A DNA stretch of 64,000 nt from Minisyncoccota bacterium (lineage in GTDB: Bacteria; Patescibacteriota; Minisyncoccia; Phycocordibacterales; Phycocordibacteraceae). Both the position numbers and the translations under genes were made by a program. The stretch is taken from positions 684 through 64,683 of the forward strand of contig JBAYHD010000002.1 in assembly GCA_041666305.1 (NCBI GenBank), written 5' to 3'. This document shows, piece by piece, positions 27,825 through 37,778 of the stretch. The notes under the pieces are model-generated. The model ran no database searches. It had not been told where the DNA came from and saw only the letters and a list, made by a program, of their open reading frames with translations. Positions within the stretch are counted from its first letter, which is position 1. Each line of letters opens with the position of its first letter.

Positions 27825-28313
27825 ATGAACAGTTCTATTAGTCCAAAAAAGCTTCGTCATGCCATAAATCAGTATTTCGATCAGACCCCGGCCACTGAGG
27901 TCGTGCGACGTGCAGAAGAACTGAAGCCGCAGGAGATGAAGTCTAGGGAAATGGTACTGTTTGGACCTCCCGGCCTCGTCGCCAAGGTATACAAAACGTT
28001 CAAGATCGACTGCGACGGAAACGTGATTTTCGACGGCATCCGCATTGCCGGATTGAGCATCAAGCTTCCGAAGGGAAGGATCAATGATATACACTGCCGT
28101 TTGCGCCTGCACCACCCGGAGACGGGAGACTTGTTCGAGACGACTGGCTACGTTTCAGACGCGTTCGTGTACGAGGTGTTGCAGTGTTGGGATGGCAAAG
28201 ATACCGTGACCATCGCCGGCAAGAAGATGGTGCATCAACCAGTTCGTGGCAATTCTGTGCCCCAGCAGTATTACTTGCTGGTTGAGGTCATAGAGGATAC
28301 ATCGCCGTTCTAA
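27825..28313 (+). CDS. hypothetical protein
   Basis: AAGGAG SD, own promoter (TTGACT 27741 / TATGAT 27763) and terminator (28312-28349). Confidence 0.75.
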   Translation: MNSSISPKKLRHAINQYFDQTPATEVVRRAEELKPQEMKSREMVLFGPPGLVAKVYKTFKIDCDGNVIFDGIRIAGLSIKLPKGRINDIHCRLRLHHPETGDLFETTGYVSDAFVYEVLQCWDGKDTVTIAGKKMVHQPVRGNSVPQQYYLLVEVIEDTSPF

Positions 28314-28450
28314 AGCCGTTCGCAGAAGTCCGTTCTGCGAACGGCTTTTGCTTTTTGAGGTTCAACCTTGCTAAAAAACAGTCGATTCTCGAACTGTGAT
28401 ATATTCGGCTCTAGAAAGTCCCGCAACCAATAGAAAAGGAGGTAGTTAGT

Positions 28451-28849
28451 ATGGCAACGAGAGAAGCGGCATCTGGCCGCATCCAGATACTCAAGACACC
28501 AGCTTGGGACGCTCCACTTGAGGCCCGCGGAGCGTTTGTGATGAAAGCAGCGCTTCCGTGTTATCCGTATGTCGGGTATCCGTCCGGCGTAGTGAGGGAC
28601 GTCGTGACTCGCAGGGAAATGGAGATCAAGAAAATAGGCGTCATCGTGCCGCAGGACAAAGCATTACAGGTCCTCTGGCAGAATAATCCGGTGGCGGCCA
28701 CATGGTGGATAGACCGCGGCTTCCCGAAACGCAGAGGATGCTTTTTCTTCACTGAAGGCGAGTTCACCATCGTCAGCGGCGTCCCCGATGATCCGGTATG
28801 GGTTTTTGAGAACATACGGGTTGGGCACTGGCGCCAAATGCTCCCCTGA
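28451..28849 (+). CDS. hypothetical protein
   Basis: AAGGAGGT SD; RIQILKTP...APLEARGAFV; downstream hairpin+T tract. Confidence 0.75.
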   Translation: MATREAASGRIQILKTPAWDAPLEARGAFVMKAALPCYPYVGYPSGVVRDVVTRREMEIKKIGVIVPQDKALQVLWQNNPVAATWWIDRGFPKRRGCFFFTEGEFTIVSGVPDDPVWVFENIRVGHWRQMLP

Positions 28850-29023
28850 AAGCGACGTGCGACGAGACGGAAAGGGTCTTCCTTTCCGTCTTTTTTGTTT
28901 TTAGCCCTCTCCACGTCTGATGCAGAAACAGTTGACAATAATATATTCTTGTGCTATATATGGAGGCAAGACTGGCGACTCAGGCTTGTCGCGTTCATTC
29001 AATCAATCAAGGGAGAAAAAATT

Positions 29024-29455
29024 ATGGTAAATCCTGACGCATTCTTCAGGAATTCTTTCGCTCAATTCAGAATTACGCTCCGCAATCTGCTCGGGAGGCA
29101 TGGGGTCTTAACCAATCCCGGCTCGAACGATGATGAAATAGTAGCTGGCTTCGAGGAGCTTCTTGCGCGGCGGCAAACCGAATTGGACGAAGGCAATCTG
29201 ATCTTCATCACCGAGGCACTGATGATGTTCCATATGCGGATTGCCTACAACACACCTTCGTTTGCAGTAAATTTTGTTTGCGCAAAAGCAACAGACGAAA
29301 TGACACAAGAAGCTCTTCGCAAACTCTTGCGTGTGAGTCTTCAAGACCCAAGATTCCGAGAGCGATTCAACGAGCATTTCTCGAAACACCCAATGCAAGA
29401 ATTCCGTGAGGAAGGATGGAAATGGTTATGTGAGATCTTAGCTTGGGAAACGTGA
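29024..29455 (+). CDS. hypothetical protein
   Basis: promoter TTGACA-17-TATATA (28932-28960), GGAG SD, terminator about 29458-29500. Confidence 0.7.
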   Translation: MVNPDAFFRNSFAQFRITLRNLLGRHGVLTNPGSNDDEIVAGFEELLARRQTELDEGNLIFITEALMMFHMRIAYNTPSFAVNFVCAKATDEMTQEALRKLLRVSLQDPRFRERFNEHFSKHPMQEFREEGWKWLCEILAWET

Positions 29456-29654
29456 GTTCCGCCCTCAACGAAAACCGTTGGAGGGCGGTTTTCATTTTTA
29501 GGCTCAACACAAAAAACTCGCGTCATTCCCCCGGCGACAGGGATCCTCAGTCGAGTAGAGGGGCTTGACTTACATACTGTTTCGTAGTATCGTACGCACA
29601 GAGGTTTCTTCTCTACCTTAAAGAGACGCCCTTTTCCAGAATGAAGGAGAGATC

Positions 29655-30116
29655 ATGCATCAGTATGTCACCTGCACTAAATGCAACGGGTCCGGCAGAG
29701 TAAGGAGAACCAGATGGTTCGGGACGAAAGACTGTCCCTCCTGCGACGGCATAGGGAAAGTTCCCAAAGCCGTTACCAAGGCAACGTCGGTAAGAAGGAC
29801 CGAAGAACGGGCCGTAACCCACTCCGCTCCGGCAAATGACGACGGCGATATCATCGCGGGCGTGGCGCTCATGGTTGCGGCTTTAGACCGCGGGAATACC
29901 ATCGCGGTTGCGCAGCCCGAAGAAGCTTTCAAAGGTGGCGGCGGCGAAATGGGCGGTGGCGGAGCTAGCGACTCATGGGATAAACCCGAGGAGCGCGCGG
30001 CAGAACCGGAGCCTGTTGCGGAAGTCGTTACGACGTTCGAATCAAGCGAACCCGCGTCAGAATCGGCCGCTTCAGATTCTTCAAGTTCATCGGACTCGGG
30101 ATCAAGCGACACGTGA
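29655..30116 (+). CDS. small protein with DnaJ-type zinc finger and Gly/Ser-rich tail
   Basis: CTKCNGSG and CPSCDGIG; FKGGGGEMGGGGASDSW; AAGGAG SD; own promoter and terminator. Confidence 0.75.
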   Translation: MHQYVTCTKCNGSGRVRRTRWFGTKDCPSCDGIGKVPKAVTKATSVRRTEERAVTHSAPANDDGDIIAGVALMVAALDRGNTIAVAQPEEAFKGGGGEMGGGGASDSWDKPEERAAEPEPVAEVVTTFESSEPASESAASDSSSSSDSGSSDT

Positions 30117-30365
30117 ACGGCCGCCTCAGCAGTAACGGGAAAACCGTGCTTGCTGAGGCGGTTTTCTTTTTGTCCCAATTTCCAAACAAAAACCTCACTT
30201 CATGCTCTGGCGATATTCCTCAACCCATCTCTGTTGAAATTAGACTTCAACAAGGGGTGGGAATGATTATCCACAGGCCTCCCAGGACACTTGACAAATC
30301 ATGTTCGCTATGCTAGCCTGTACACAGGTCAAACCAGCTTTCCAACCATCTCTGCGGAGGTAGCG

Positions 30366-30494
30366 ATGAAATTGCTTAAGCAAGTGTGGGAAAAGCTCAT
30401 GAAATGGATCGACGGTGACGAAGTCCCAAACAGCACCATGACGCCGCAACAGGTCGCAGATCTGTGCGAGTCGGGTTTCGAAACATGGGATTAA
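30366..30494 (+). CDS. small hypothetical protein (42 aa)
   Basis: TTGACA-17-TAGCCT promoter at 30291, GGAGGT SD, downstream hairpin. Confidence 0.5.
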   Translation: MKLLKQVWEKLMKWIDGDEVPNSTMTPQQVADLCESGFETWD

Positions 30495-30628
30495 CGGACC
30501 GGAGTCCACGAAGACGGCACAGGATGCTCACAAGATCCCGTGCCGTTTTTATATAATGATGTTTGACCTGACGTAGGGACAGGCATATAGTCCGTGCGGG
30601 TAGGTCTTCAATTTTTGGGAGCACGGAA

Positions 30629-30886
30629 ATGAAAGACAATGCGTGGCACCAGCATCCGAAAAATCCGGAAGAAATGATGTACGGAGGTCTCCTCGAAGAC
30701 AAGGATGAGCTCGAAGAGGGAGACGCATCACCCAATCCAATTACGAAGAAATGGGAGAAGATACCTCCGGTCCACATTGGAGCTCGTCTTCCTCAAGGCC
30801 ACAAGACGATGTTTGTTCGTCCTGCCGAGGTGATTCCTACGTTCGTAACACCGGACGTGCTGGATTCCTCCGAAGGCTGGATATAG
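30629..30886 (+). CDS. hypothetical protein
   Basis: 85 aa ORF with GGGAG SD, coupled to next gene. Confidence 0.55.
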   Translation: MKDNAWHQHPKNPEEMMYGGLLEDKDELEEGDASPNPITKKWEKIPPVHIGARLPQGHKTMFVRPAEVIPTFVTPDVLDSSEGWI

Positions 30887-30897
30887 TGAGGTGACCC

Positions 30898-31251
30898 ATG
30901 GCGTATGTATCAGGAAAAATATTCAGAGACGACATCGTGGCGCTCGAGGCGGAATATCTCGAAGCCATGATAGAAAAAACAGTACGGTCGGGAATACGGC
31001 TCACCAGGAAGAAATGGATTTGGATAGAACTGGTGCCTCAAGCGCTTGAAAATAGAGCTGTACCCATCATCCGGCAGATGTTGGCGAGTATCAATCCGGA
31101 AATGTTTTGGAATGTCCGGAAAATGGACGAGCGAGTCATTTGGATGATCTACTGGCGCCTCCGAACTGAGCCGCTGAATATTCACATGTACCTTCTCGAA
31201 CTTCTTGTTGAACTCGACAAGAACCCGCCCTTTGCCGATATTTTTGCCTAA
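30898..31251 (+). CDS. hypothetical protein
   Basis: GAGGTG SD; terminator CGCCGCCC-GAA-GGGCGGCG after stop. Confidence 0.65.
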   Translation: MAYVSGKIFRDDIVALEAEYLEAMIEKTVRSGIRLTRKKWIWIELVPQALENRAVPIIRQMLASINPEMFWNVRKMDERVIWMIYWRLRTEPLNIHMYLLELLVELDKNPPFADIFA

Positions 31252-31316
31252 ACGCCGCCCGAAGGGCGGCGGTTGTTTTGCTCCATTCTCCATGCTGTAT
31301 AATCAACCGCATACCT

Positions 31317-31793
31317 ATGGAAGGAATAAAAAACAACGCACCGGAAAGTCCTGAAGATAAGGGAGAGCAATTGAGCGGGAAGGAAAAGTTTGAGCAAATT
31401 TTGGCGCTCTTCGGCACCGACACCGCTCGCGAAAACTTTGTAGAGACATGCCGGCTGTACATAGAGGCTCGCCAGAGAGCTGTTCGTGAGTCATACGCTC
31501 CCGAACCCACCGTTCGTCATAGAGCTGTCATGTCGAGCCCGAAGCAGGCCGTCATCCATAATAAGATCATGGACACCATGACGCGCCTCGCGAATCAGGC
31601 AGAAAATGTTTCCCCGCTCCAACGCAAGATTTTAATAGAAATGCATGACCGCGACATCACTGCCGAGATCATTCGAGAATACGTCAATGCAGTCCATAGG
31701 GTAAAGAAAGTTGATGAGGATGAAGAAAACGGGGAACGGAAGAAAGGAATGTCCGACACCGCCTACTACCACTCGCTCGGGAAAGAGCACTAA
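31317..31793 (+). CDS. hypothetical protein
   Basis: 158 aa ORF, TGTATAAT -10 upstream, convergent terminator at 31806-31833. Confidence 0.7.
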   Translation: MEGIKNNAPESPEDKGEQLSGKEKFEQILALFGTDTARENFVETCRLYIEARQRAVRESYAPEPTVRHRAVMSSPKQAVIHNKIMDTMTRLANQAENVSPLQRKILIEMHDRDITAEIIREYVNAVHRVKKVDEDEENGERKKGMSDTAYYHSLGKEH

Positions 31794-31851
31794 TCAACTA
31801 TAAAAATAGGCGCCTCAGGACAGGCGCCTATTAAATGATGAGGGTTCCTTT

Positions 31852-32532
31852 TTAGTTATTCTTTGGAACCTTGAGAGAACCTTCGGTTTGAAAATACATC
31901 AAGTCGAATTGCTTGAGTGCCGGGCCCAGCTTCTTGACTTCAGTAATACTTGGGAAGCGCATGGCCTCGTTTCGGAATCTCTCTATGGCGAGTTTCCGGC
32001 GAAGTGCAAACCTCGGTACCGCCGAACGAAGCACCATAACCGCACGTATGAACGACGTTGCCATCAGTGCGTATGCTTGGCTGAACCAGTCATTCTTGCC
32101 TTCTGCTGATTTGGCAAGTTCCCGATACAAGCTTATGCCGATGTCCGCAATCTGGTGCGCCCCGCGCATCTGATGACGATAGTGACTTGCTTCCGGAAAG
32201 AACGCCACGTATTGCAGACTTATGTCGGCGACATCCGGAACAAGACCCGGTTCGACATTAGCCGCTCCGACAAGACGGCCGTAAAAGTCAAAAGCTGCCA
32301 ATTGTTCAAACAGCATCGATCGACCCATGAAGCGATACAACATCGCCGCGAGATAGTCCCGCACCATATCGTCGATAGGTATCTTCGTTTGAGCGCACGC
32401 CTCGGATACCAGCAGGTACCATTGGTACGCCGCCGATTCCGCACGTACGAACCCTAATTTGTTCAAGGCGGAATATTTCGCATCCGCTTTTACATCCTCC
32501 GGTTTTGCCGTGATAACCATTTTCACGTCCAT
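31852..32532 (-). CDS. hypothetical all-alpha protein
   Basis: AGGAGAG SD; DYLAAMLYRF...DVADISLQYVAFFPE...IGISLYRELA. Confidence 0.7.
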   Translation of the reverse strand: MDVKMVITAKPEDVKADAKYSALNKLGFVRAESAAYQWYLLVSEACAQTKIPIDDMVRDYLAAMLYRFMGRSMLFEQLAAFDFYGRLVGAANVEPGLVPDVADISLQYVAFFPEASHYRHQMRGAHQIADIGISLYRELAKSAEGKNDWFSQAYALMATSFIRAVMVLRSAVPRFALRRKLAIERFRNEAMRFPSITEVKKLGPALKQFDLMYFQTEGSLKVPKNN

Positions 32533-32731
32533 GGCAACTCTCCTCAGGTTAAACATCCGGGAGCATCATACGCTAGACGCGGTAGTATGGGAAACCAACA
32601 AACAAGGTAGGGACTTTTTTGACTATGCATCGAATTTCGGGCATACCCCATATGACAACTTTTATATTGATAACGAAATAATTTTTGCTAGCACGGTTGA
32701 TAAAAGTTGTCATACGGGGCATAGTGGAGAG

Positions 32732-33283
32732 ATGAAGGAATGGCATGGAGATGATATCGAACCTGAAAATATAATCATCGAGCCCGAAACGGGTGACGAG
32801 ACGGGAGAAGTACGGCCCGAAGAGAAAATCGCAAAGATGCGCGAAGAACTTTCCGCGTGCCGGAAGGACAAACAGGAATACATGGACGGCTGGCAGAGAG
32901 CCAAAGCGGACTACGTGAACGCCCTGAAGCGCTTTGAAACCGACGTCAAGGCATCGGAGTTTAGAGGTAAGGTGAAGGCCGTAGAGACGCTTCTGCCGGC
33001 CTTCGACGCTCTCGAGCGCTCCAAGGAGCACGGGGAATTGCCCGAGGGATTCATGGCCATTGCGAAGCAGCTAGAGGGAGCATTCGCCGCACTTGGACTG
33101 GAGGAGACGGGGAAGGTCGGCGAGAAATTTGACCCCGCGTATCATGAGGCATTGGGCCAGGACAAGGTTGAAACGGCGGACGAAGATGGTATAATTACCG
33201 CCATACTAGAGAAAGGTTGGAGAGTGGGCGACATCATTATTCGACCGGCGAAAGTGCGTGTTGGGCATTTCGCTAGCAATTAG
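32732..33283 (+). CDS. grpE: nucleotide exchange factor GrpE
   Basis: WQRAKADYVN, LLPAFDALER, GEKFDPAYHEA, KGW...IIRPAKV; upstream of dnaK. Confidence 0.93.
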   Translation: MKEWHGDDIEPENIIIEPETGDETGEVRPEEKIAKMREELSACRKDKQEYMDGWQRAKADYVNALKRFETDVKASEFRGKVKAVETLLPAFDALERSKEHGELPEGFMAIAKQLEGAFAALGLEETGKVGEKFDPAYHEALGQDKVETADEDGIITAILEKGWRVGDIIIRPAKVRVGHFASN

Positions 33284-33356
33284 GCATTAGGCTCTAGGCG
33301 CTAGCATTGCATACAGAGTTTATTTTTATTAGTATCAACTAAAGCCTAGCGCCTAA
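33274..33356. repeat. inverted arrays of degenerate 7-mer TAGGCNN repeats
   Basis: TAGCAAT TAGGCAT TAGGCTC TAGGCGC TAGCATT ... CTAAAGC CTAGCGC CTAA; similar locus at 58228-58294. Confidence 0.7.
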
Positions 33357-33371
33357 CTTCCTATCATCCTT

Positions 33372-35282
33372 ATGTCTAAAATACTTGGCATTGATTTGGG
33401 CACTACCTATTCCGCGATGGCAATCGTGGAAGGCGGCGAGCCGCGTGTGCTGGAAAACGCCGAGGGTTCGCGCACAACGCCGTCCATCGTGGCGGTCGGC
33501 AAGAGCGGCGAACGAATTGTGGGTACGCTTGCGAAGCGCCAGTCGGTGACCAATCCCTTGAACACCATTTTCCAGATCAAACGATTCATAGGCCACTCAT
33601 ATGACGAGCCGGCGGTGCAGAAAGACAAGGCGTCCGTGCCATTTGAAATGCGCAAGGCGGAGAACGGCGGCATCGAAGTGAAAATGACGGAGAAGTGGTA
33701 CCGTCCGGAGGAAATTTCCGCGATGATACTCGGCAAACTCAAAGCCGATGCGGAAGCAAAACTCGGCGAGAAGATAACCGAAGCGGTCATCACCGTGCCG
33801 GCATACTTCAACGACGACCAGCGCAGCGCGACAAAAGCTGCAGGTGAAATTGCCGGTCTCACGGTCAAGCGCATCATCAACGAACCGACGGCGGCCGCGC
33901 TCGCGTATGGATTTAATAAAAAGAAAGATGAGAAAATAGCGGTCTTCGACTTCGGCGGCGGCACGTTTGATATCTCCGTGCTTGAAGTGGGCGGGGACGT
34001 CATCGAAGTGAAGAGCACCGACGGCGACGCACACTTGGGCGGCAAGGATATTGACCAGACAATCATCAATTGGCTCGCGGAAGAATTCCGAAAGGAGAGC
34101 GGGATCGATGTGCTCAAAGACGCACTTGCGCGACAGCGGCTGGACGAAGCCGCCGAGAAAGCGAAGATAGAACTCTCCAGCGCGATGGAGACGGAAATAA
34201 ACATCCCATTCCTCACGTCGGACGCTTCCGGCCCGCGCCACCTGCTCATCAAGATGACCCGCGCCAAGCTTGAAGACATCGCGGGAGAATTCATCCAACG
34301 CGCGATGGATATCACCAAGCGCGCGATGGAAGCATCGCCCTTCAAGATTCCCGACATCAACGAAGTCATCCTTGTGGGCGGTCAGACACGCATGCCGGCG
34401 ATACAAGCGGCCGTGGAGAAATTCTTCGGCAAGAAGCCGAATATGACCGTGAATCCGGATGAAGTCGTTGCCATTGGCGCGGCTATCCAGGCGGGCATTC
34501 TGCAGGGCGACGTGAAGGACATTCTGCTTGTGGACGTGATTCCGCTCTCGCTCTCCATCGAGACGATGGGCGGCGTCGCGACTAAACTCGTGGAGCGCAA
34601 TACGGCAATTCCTACGAGCCGTTCGCAAACTTTCTCCACTGCTGCCGATAATCAGCCATCGGTAGAAATTCACGTGACCCAGGGCGAGCGCGCGATGAGC
34701 GCCGACAACAAATCGCTCGGCAAATTTATGCTCGACGGCATTCCACCGGCTCCCCGCGGTATGCCGCAAGTGGAAGTGAAGTTCGACATTGATGCATCCG
34801 GCATCCTCACGGTCACCGCCAAAGAAAAGACCACCGGCAAGGAGCAGTCCATAAAGATCTCCGGCTCCACCGGACTTTCGCAAGCGGACATCGACAAAAT
34901 GAAAGCCGACGCCGAAGCACACACGGCGGACGATGAGAAGCGCAAAGAACTCGTGGAAGCGCGCAATATCGCTGACCAAGCAGTGTATGCGGCGGAGAAA
35001 GCGGTCAAAGATAACGGCGAAAAAGCCGGCGCGGAAGTGGTGAAGGACGTGCAAGACAAGATAGAAGCGTTGAAAGTCGCGCGCAATAGCGAAGACGCTG
35101 GCACTATCAAGAGTGCAACCGAAGCGCTTTCATCCGCACTTATGAAGATCGGCGAGGCGATGATGAAAAATAGTGAGCAGCAAGCAGGAGCAGGAGGCGG
35201 TAATCCGCCGCCGTCAGACGGCGGCGGCCAGGGTCCCGAGACTCCTCCCGCCACCGACGCCGAGTTCAAAGAGAAGCCGTAA
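33372..35282 (+). CDS. dnaK: chaperone DnaK
   Basis: [48 protein letters not shown]. Confidence 0.98.
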   Translation: MSKILGIDLGTTYSAMAIVEGGEPRVLENAEGSRTTPSIVAVGKSGERIVGTLAKRQSVTNPLNTIFQIKRFIGHSYDEPAVQKDKASVPFEMRKAENGGIEVKMTEKWYRPEEISAMILGKLKADAEAKLGEKITEAVITVPAYFNDDQRSATKAAGEIAGLTVKRIINEPTAAALAYGFNKKKDEKIAVFDFGGGTFDISVLEVGGDVIEVKSTDGDAHLGGKDIDQTIINWLAEEFRKESGIDVLKDALARQRLDEAAEKAKIELSSAMETEINIPFLTSDASGPRHLLIKMTRAKLEDIAGEFIQRAMDITKRAMEASPFKIPDINEVILVGGQTRMPAIQAAVEKFFGKKPNMTVNPDEVVAIGAAIQAGILQGDVKDILLVDVIPLSLSIETMGGVATKLVERNTAIPTSRSQTFSTAADNQPSVEIHVTQGERAMSADNKSLGKFMLDGIPPAPRGMPQVEVKFDIDASGILTVTAKEKTTGKEQSIKISGSTGLSQADIDKMKADAEAHTADDEKRKELVEARNIADQAVYAAEKAVKDNGEKAGAEVVKDVQDKIEALKVARNSEDAGTIKSATEALSSALMKIGEAMMKNSEQQAGAGGGNPPPSDGGGQGPETPPATDAEFKEKP

Positions 35283-35397
35283 TAATTATTCAGATAGTAA
35301 GCAAACAAGCCCCCGCAATGCGGGGGCTTGACTTTATACATAGTTATGTGTAAGATTCATCCAGGAAGTTGAACCCCCTTACACGAAAGGAGATACC

Positions 35398-35733
35398 ATG
35401 TCATATCTGCACGCTCTACCAATTTTGTTGGCCTTGGGAGGATTCACTCTCTTGGCCATTGCGCTAAAAAGAGGAAGAGGCATTCTTTGGCCAATCTTCC
35501 TAGTCGGTCTCGTCGTAGGCGGCGAATTCTTGGTGCTTCATGGGAGTGTTGATCGCCTTCAAGGGATAATCGGAGCTGGCAGTCTTTTGGTTTTCCTGCT
35601 CGCCGGCTTGTTCCTATGTTTCGCCTTCCTGTTTTCAGAGGTGATTCAGTCGAAAGAAGCTGGAGGGGTGGCATCACCTTCATCAAGGATTACCGTTTCG
35701 ACGGCGATAATGGGATATATCGCCAGTCTGTGA
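35398..35733 (+). CDS. small membrane protein inserted between dnaK and dnaJ
   Basis: three hydrophobic segments, TTGACT-17-TAAGAT promoter, AAGGAG SD, own terminator. Confidence 0.7.
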   Translation: MSYLHALPILLALGGFTLLAIALKRGRGILWPIFLVGLVVGGEFLVLHGSVDRLQGIIGAGSLLVFLLAGLFLCFAFLFSEVIQSKEAGGVASPSSRITVSTAIMGYIASL

Positions 35734-35856
35734 AGAAAGACATCAATCGCGGCGCAGGGATGTAGCATCTCCTGCGCCGTTTTGTTTTGTCTCGTGCATG
35801 TTCGTTAAGTCCAACGGTCGTGTGACTTAACGAACATTATTCATCGTATAACCCAC

Positions 35857-35894
35857 TGTCTCAATTTTTGTCCTATAGGACAAAAATTGAGACA
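35857..35894. repeat. perfect 38-bp palindrome
   Basis: TGTCTCAATTTTTGTCCTA|TAGGACAAAAATTGAGACA, no spacer. Confidence 0.9.
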
Positions 35895-35944
35895 TCGGCC
35901 TCAGGTGCTATTTCTTTTTGCATACAAAATACAAGAGGTGTATA

Positions 35945-36016
35945 ACCCCGTAGTAGATTTTCGCAATGCGCCGGAGGCGCGGGACGCAGGCCTTTTGCGA
36001 AAATTCACTACAGGGT
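35945..36016. repeat. element with imperfect terminal inverted repeats upstream of dnaJ
   Basis: ACCCCGTAGTAGATTTTCGCAA ... TTGCGAAAATTCACTACAGGGT. Confidence 0.7.
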
Positions 36017-36029
36017 ATAATCAACACAA

Positions 36030-37139
36030 ATGGCAACAACAAAGGATTATTACAGCGTGCTGGGCGTCGATAAGAAGGCGAGCAAGGACGACATCAAGAA
36101 GGCGTTCCGTAAGCTCGCGCACAAATATCACCCCGACAAGGGCGGCACTGATGAGGCGAAATTCAAGGAGATAACCGAGGCGTACTCGGTGCTCTCCGAT
36201 GACCGTAAGCGCCGTGAATATGATACCTACGGGCAAGCATTTGCGGGCGGGCAACCTGGTTCGGCGCCCCAAGGGGGCCCCTTCGGGGGATTCGACTTCT
36301 CTCAATTCCAACAAGGCTTCCCCCAAGGGGGCCCCTTCGGGGGGCAGGGTGGCGTTGATTTTGATTTTGGTGATATTTTCGGCGACATCTTCGGCGGTCG
36401 CGGGCAACAGCGCACACCGCGCGGCCGCGATATTTCCATCGATTTGGAAGTCTCCTTTAAAGAGGCGGCTCTCGGCACAAGCCGAAGCGTACTCATCGGA
36501 AAGGTCTCCACCTGCTCGCTTTGCCACGGCACGGGAGCGAAGCCGGGCACTGAATTGGAATCCTGCACAACCTGTAACGGAAGCGGCAAAATTCACGAGA
36601 CGCGCAATTCCATACTCGGCCAGTTCAGCTCGGTGCGCGCCTGCACCATTTGTGAAGGCACCGGCAAGGTGCCGAAGGAAAAATGCACGGAGTGCAAAGG
36701 TCACGGCGTTCGCCGCAAGGAGGAAGAACTGAAAATAAATATCCCCGCCGGCGTGGATAACGGTGAAATGATTCGCATGCCGCAAAAGGGCGAGGCAATC
36801 AAAGCTGGCATCGCGGGCGATCTGTACGTGAAGATACACGTGAAGCCGCATGCGATCTTTCGTCGCGACGGAGCGAATTTGATCATGACCCTGCCGGTAA
36901 AATTGACCGATGCACTGCTCGGCACCACTGTTTCAATAGAAAGTTTGGAAGGCAAAACGCTTGAAGTAAAAATCCCGCCGATGAAGCGCGCCGAGGAACT
37001 TCTGCGCGTGGCAGGGAAGGGCATTCCGGCCGAAGGCGGCCGCGGCGACCTCATCATCCGCCTCGAGGCCGCACTTCCGCACAAGCTCTCGAGCAAAGCG
37101 AAGAAGGCTGTTGAAGACTTGAAGAACGAAGGGCTCTAA
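36030..37139 (+). CDS. dnaJ: chaperone DnaJ
   Basis: J domain HPD, G/F region, four CxxCxGxG repeats. Confidence 0.97.
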   Translation: MATTKDYYSVLGVDKKASKDDIKKAFRKLAHKYHPDKGGTDEAKFKEITEAYSVLSDDRKRREYDTYGQAFAGGQPGSAPQGGPFGGFDFSQFQQGFPQGGPFGGQGGVDFDFGDIFGDIFGGRGQQRTPRGRDISIDLEVSFKEAALGTSRSVLIGKVSTCSLCHGTGAKPGTELESCTTCNGSGKIHETRNSILGQFSSVRACTICEGTGKVPKEKCTECKGHGVRRKEEELKINIPAGVDNGEMIRMPQKGEAIKAGIAGDLYVKIHVKPHAIFRRDGANLIMTLPVKLTDALLGTTVSIESLEGKTLEVKIPPMKRAEELLRVAGKGIPAEGGRGDLIIRLEAALPHKLSSKAKKAVEDLKNEGL

Positions 37140-37192
37140 AATTTTAATGGTACAATAGAACTTTAGAGGCTCTTCTCAAATGGAGGTATATC

Positions 37193-37696
37193 GTGCTTAT
37201 ACGTCGATTGCTGTTTGTGTATGGAGGTTTACTGGTAGTCCTCGCCATACGTGTCGCGAAACGAAGGTGTGTTCGTATAGGTGAATTCCTTAAGTCGCTG
37301 GGAAGAAAATTTGTCTCGCTCGGCGAAGAGGAAACGATGCGGTGGAGTACCGAACTACTTCTTCAGTGTTATATGGTGGATGCGGAATTCCACATCGATG
37401 GCGTTATCTATCGAGGACCGGTGTATGCCGTGTACCGTGGCTTCGTCGGTGGCAACACTCTTGTCTTTCGGTGCAACTGGATTGCCACCTGTCGAGATCG
37501 TTCCGCCCAACTCTGGGACTACGCTGGTGGCGGTGCATTTCGCATCGAAGAATACAGCGCGCCTGCCAAGCTCCCGAACGGTGACTACCATTTCGGTTTT
37601 CAAGGAGGATACGGAGTGCTATTCCTTGGACGGCCGCGGTCCAGACTGTCATTCATTGGGCACGTGGACACTCCTCGAGAGTTCGCCTACTTCTAG
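37193..37696 (+). CDS. hypothetical protein
   Basis: GGAGGT SD before GTG; TGGTACAAT -10; downstream hairpin+T tract. Confidence 0.6.
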   Translation: MLIRRLLFVYGGLLVVLAIRVAKRRCVRIGEFLKSLGRKFVSLGEEETMRWSTELLLQCYMVDAEFHIDGVIYRGPVYAVYRGFVGGNTLVFRCNWIATCRDRSAQLWDYAGGGAFRIEEYSAPAKLPNGDYHFGFQGGYGVLFLGRPRSRLSFIGHVDTPREFAYF

Positions 37697-37778
37697 GGTA
37701 GTGCAACGGTCCGGCTGGGTAGCTTCGGTTACCCAGTTTTTATTTTTATGGGTGGATGGGTGGTATATACTATTCGGC

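Larger units (their letters stand above)
26944..30215. repeat. five dispersed direct repeats of about 40-48 bp separating accessory genes
   Basis: AATTTCCAAACAAAAACCTCGCGTCATGCCCCGGCGACAGGG-like copies at 26944-26991, 27536-27577, 27677-27727, 29506-29547, 30177-30215. Confidence 0.88.

Noticed and set aside
26944-30215. CRISPR array interpretation of the five direct repeats
   Set aside because: Spacing is irregular (0.1-1.8 kb) and includes whole genes; no cas operon is present.
26702-30275. DnaA-box-like 9-mers (TTATACACA 26702, TTATCCACA 30267) as a replication origin
   Set aside because: Isolated boxes with no cluster and no dnaA/dnaN context.
32680-32731. CIRCE operator upstream of grpE-dnaK
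   Set aside because: Only a partial CTAGCAC half-site; the GAGTGCTAA arm is missing.
33407-35054. Long antisense ORFs opposite dnaK (and similar ones opposite leuS, rpsK-rpsD, flotillin, pepO)
   Set aside because: Shadow ORFs caused by codon bias of well-supported genes on the other strand.
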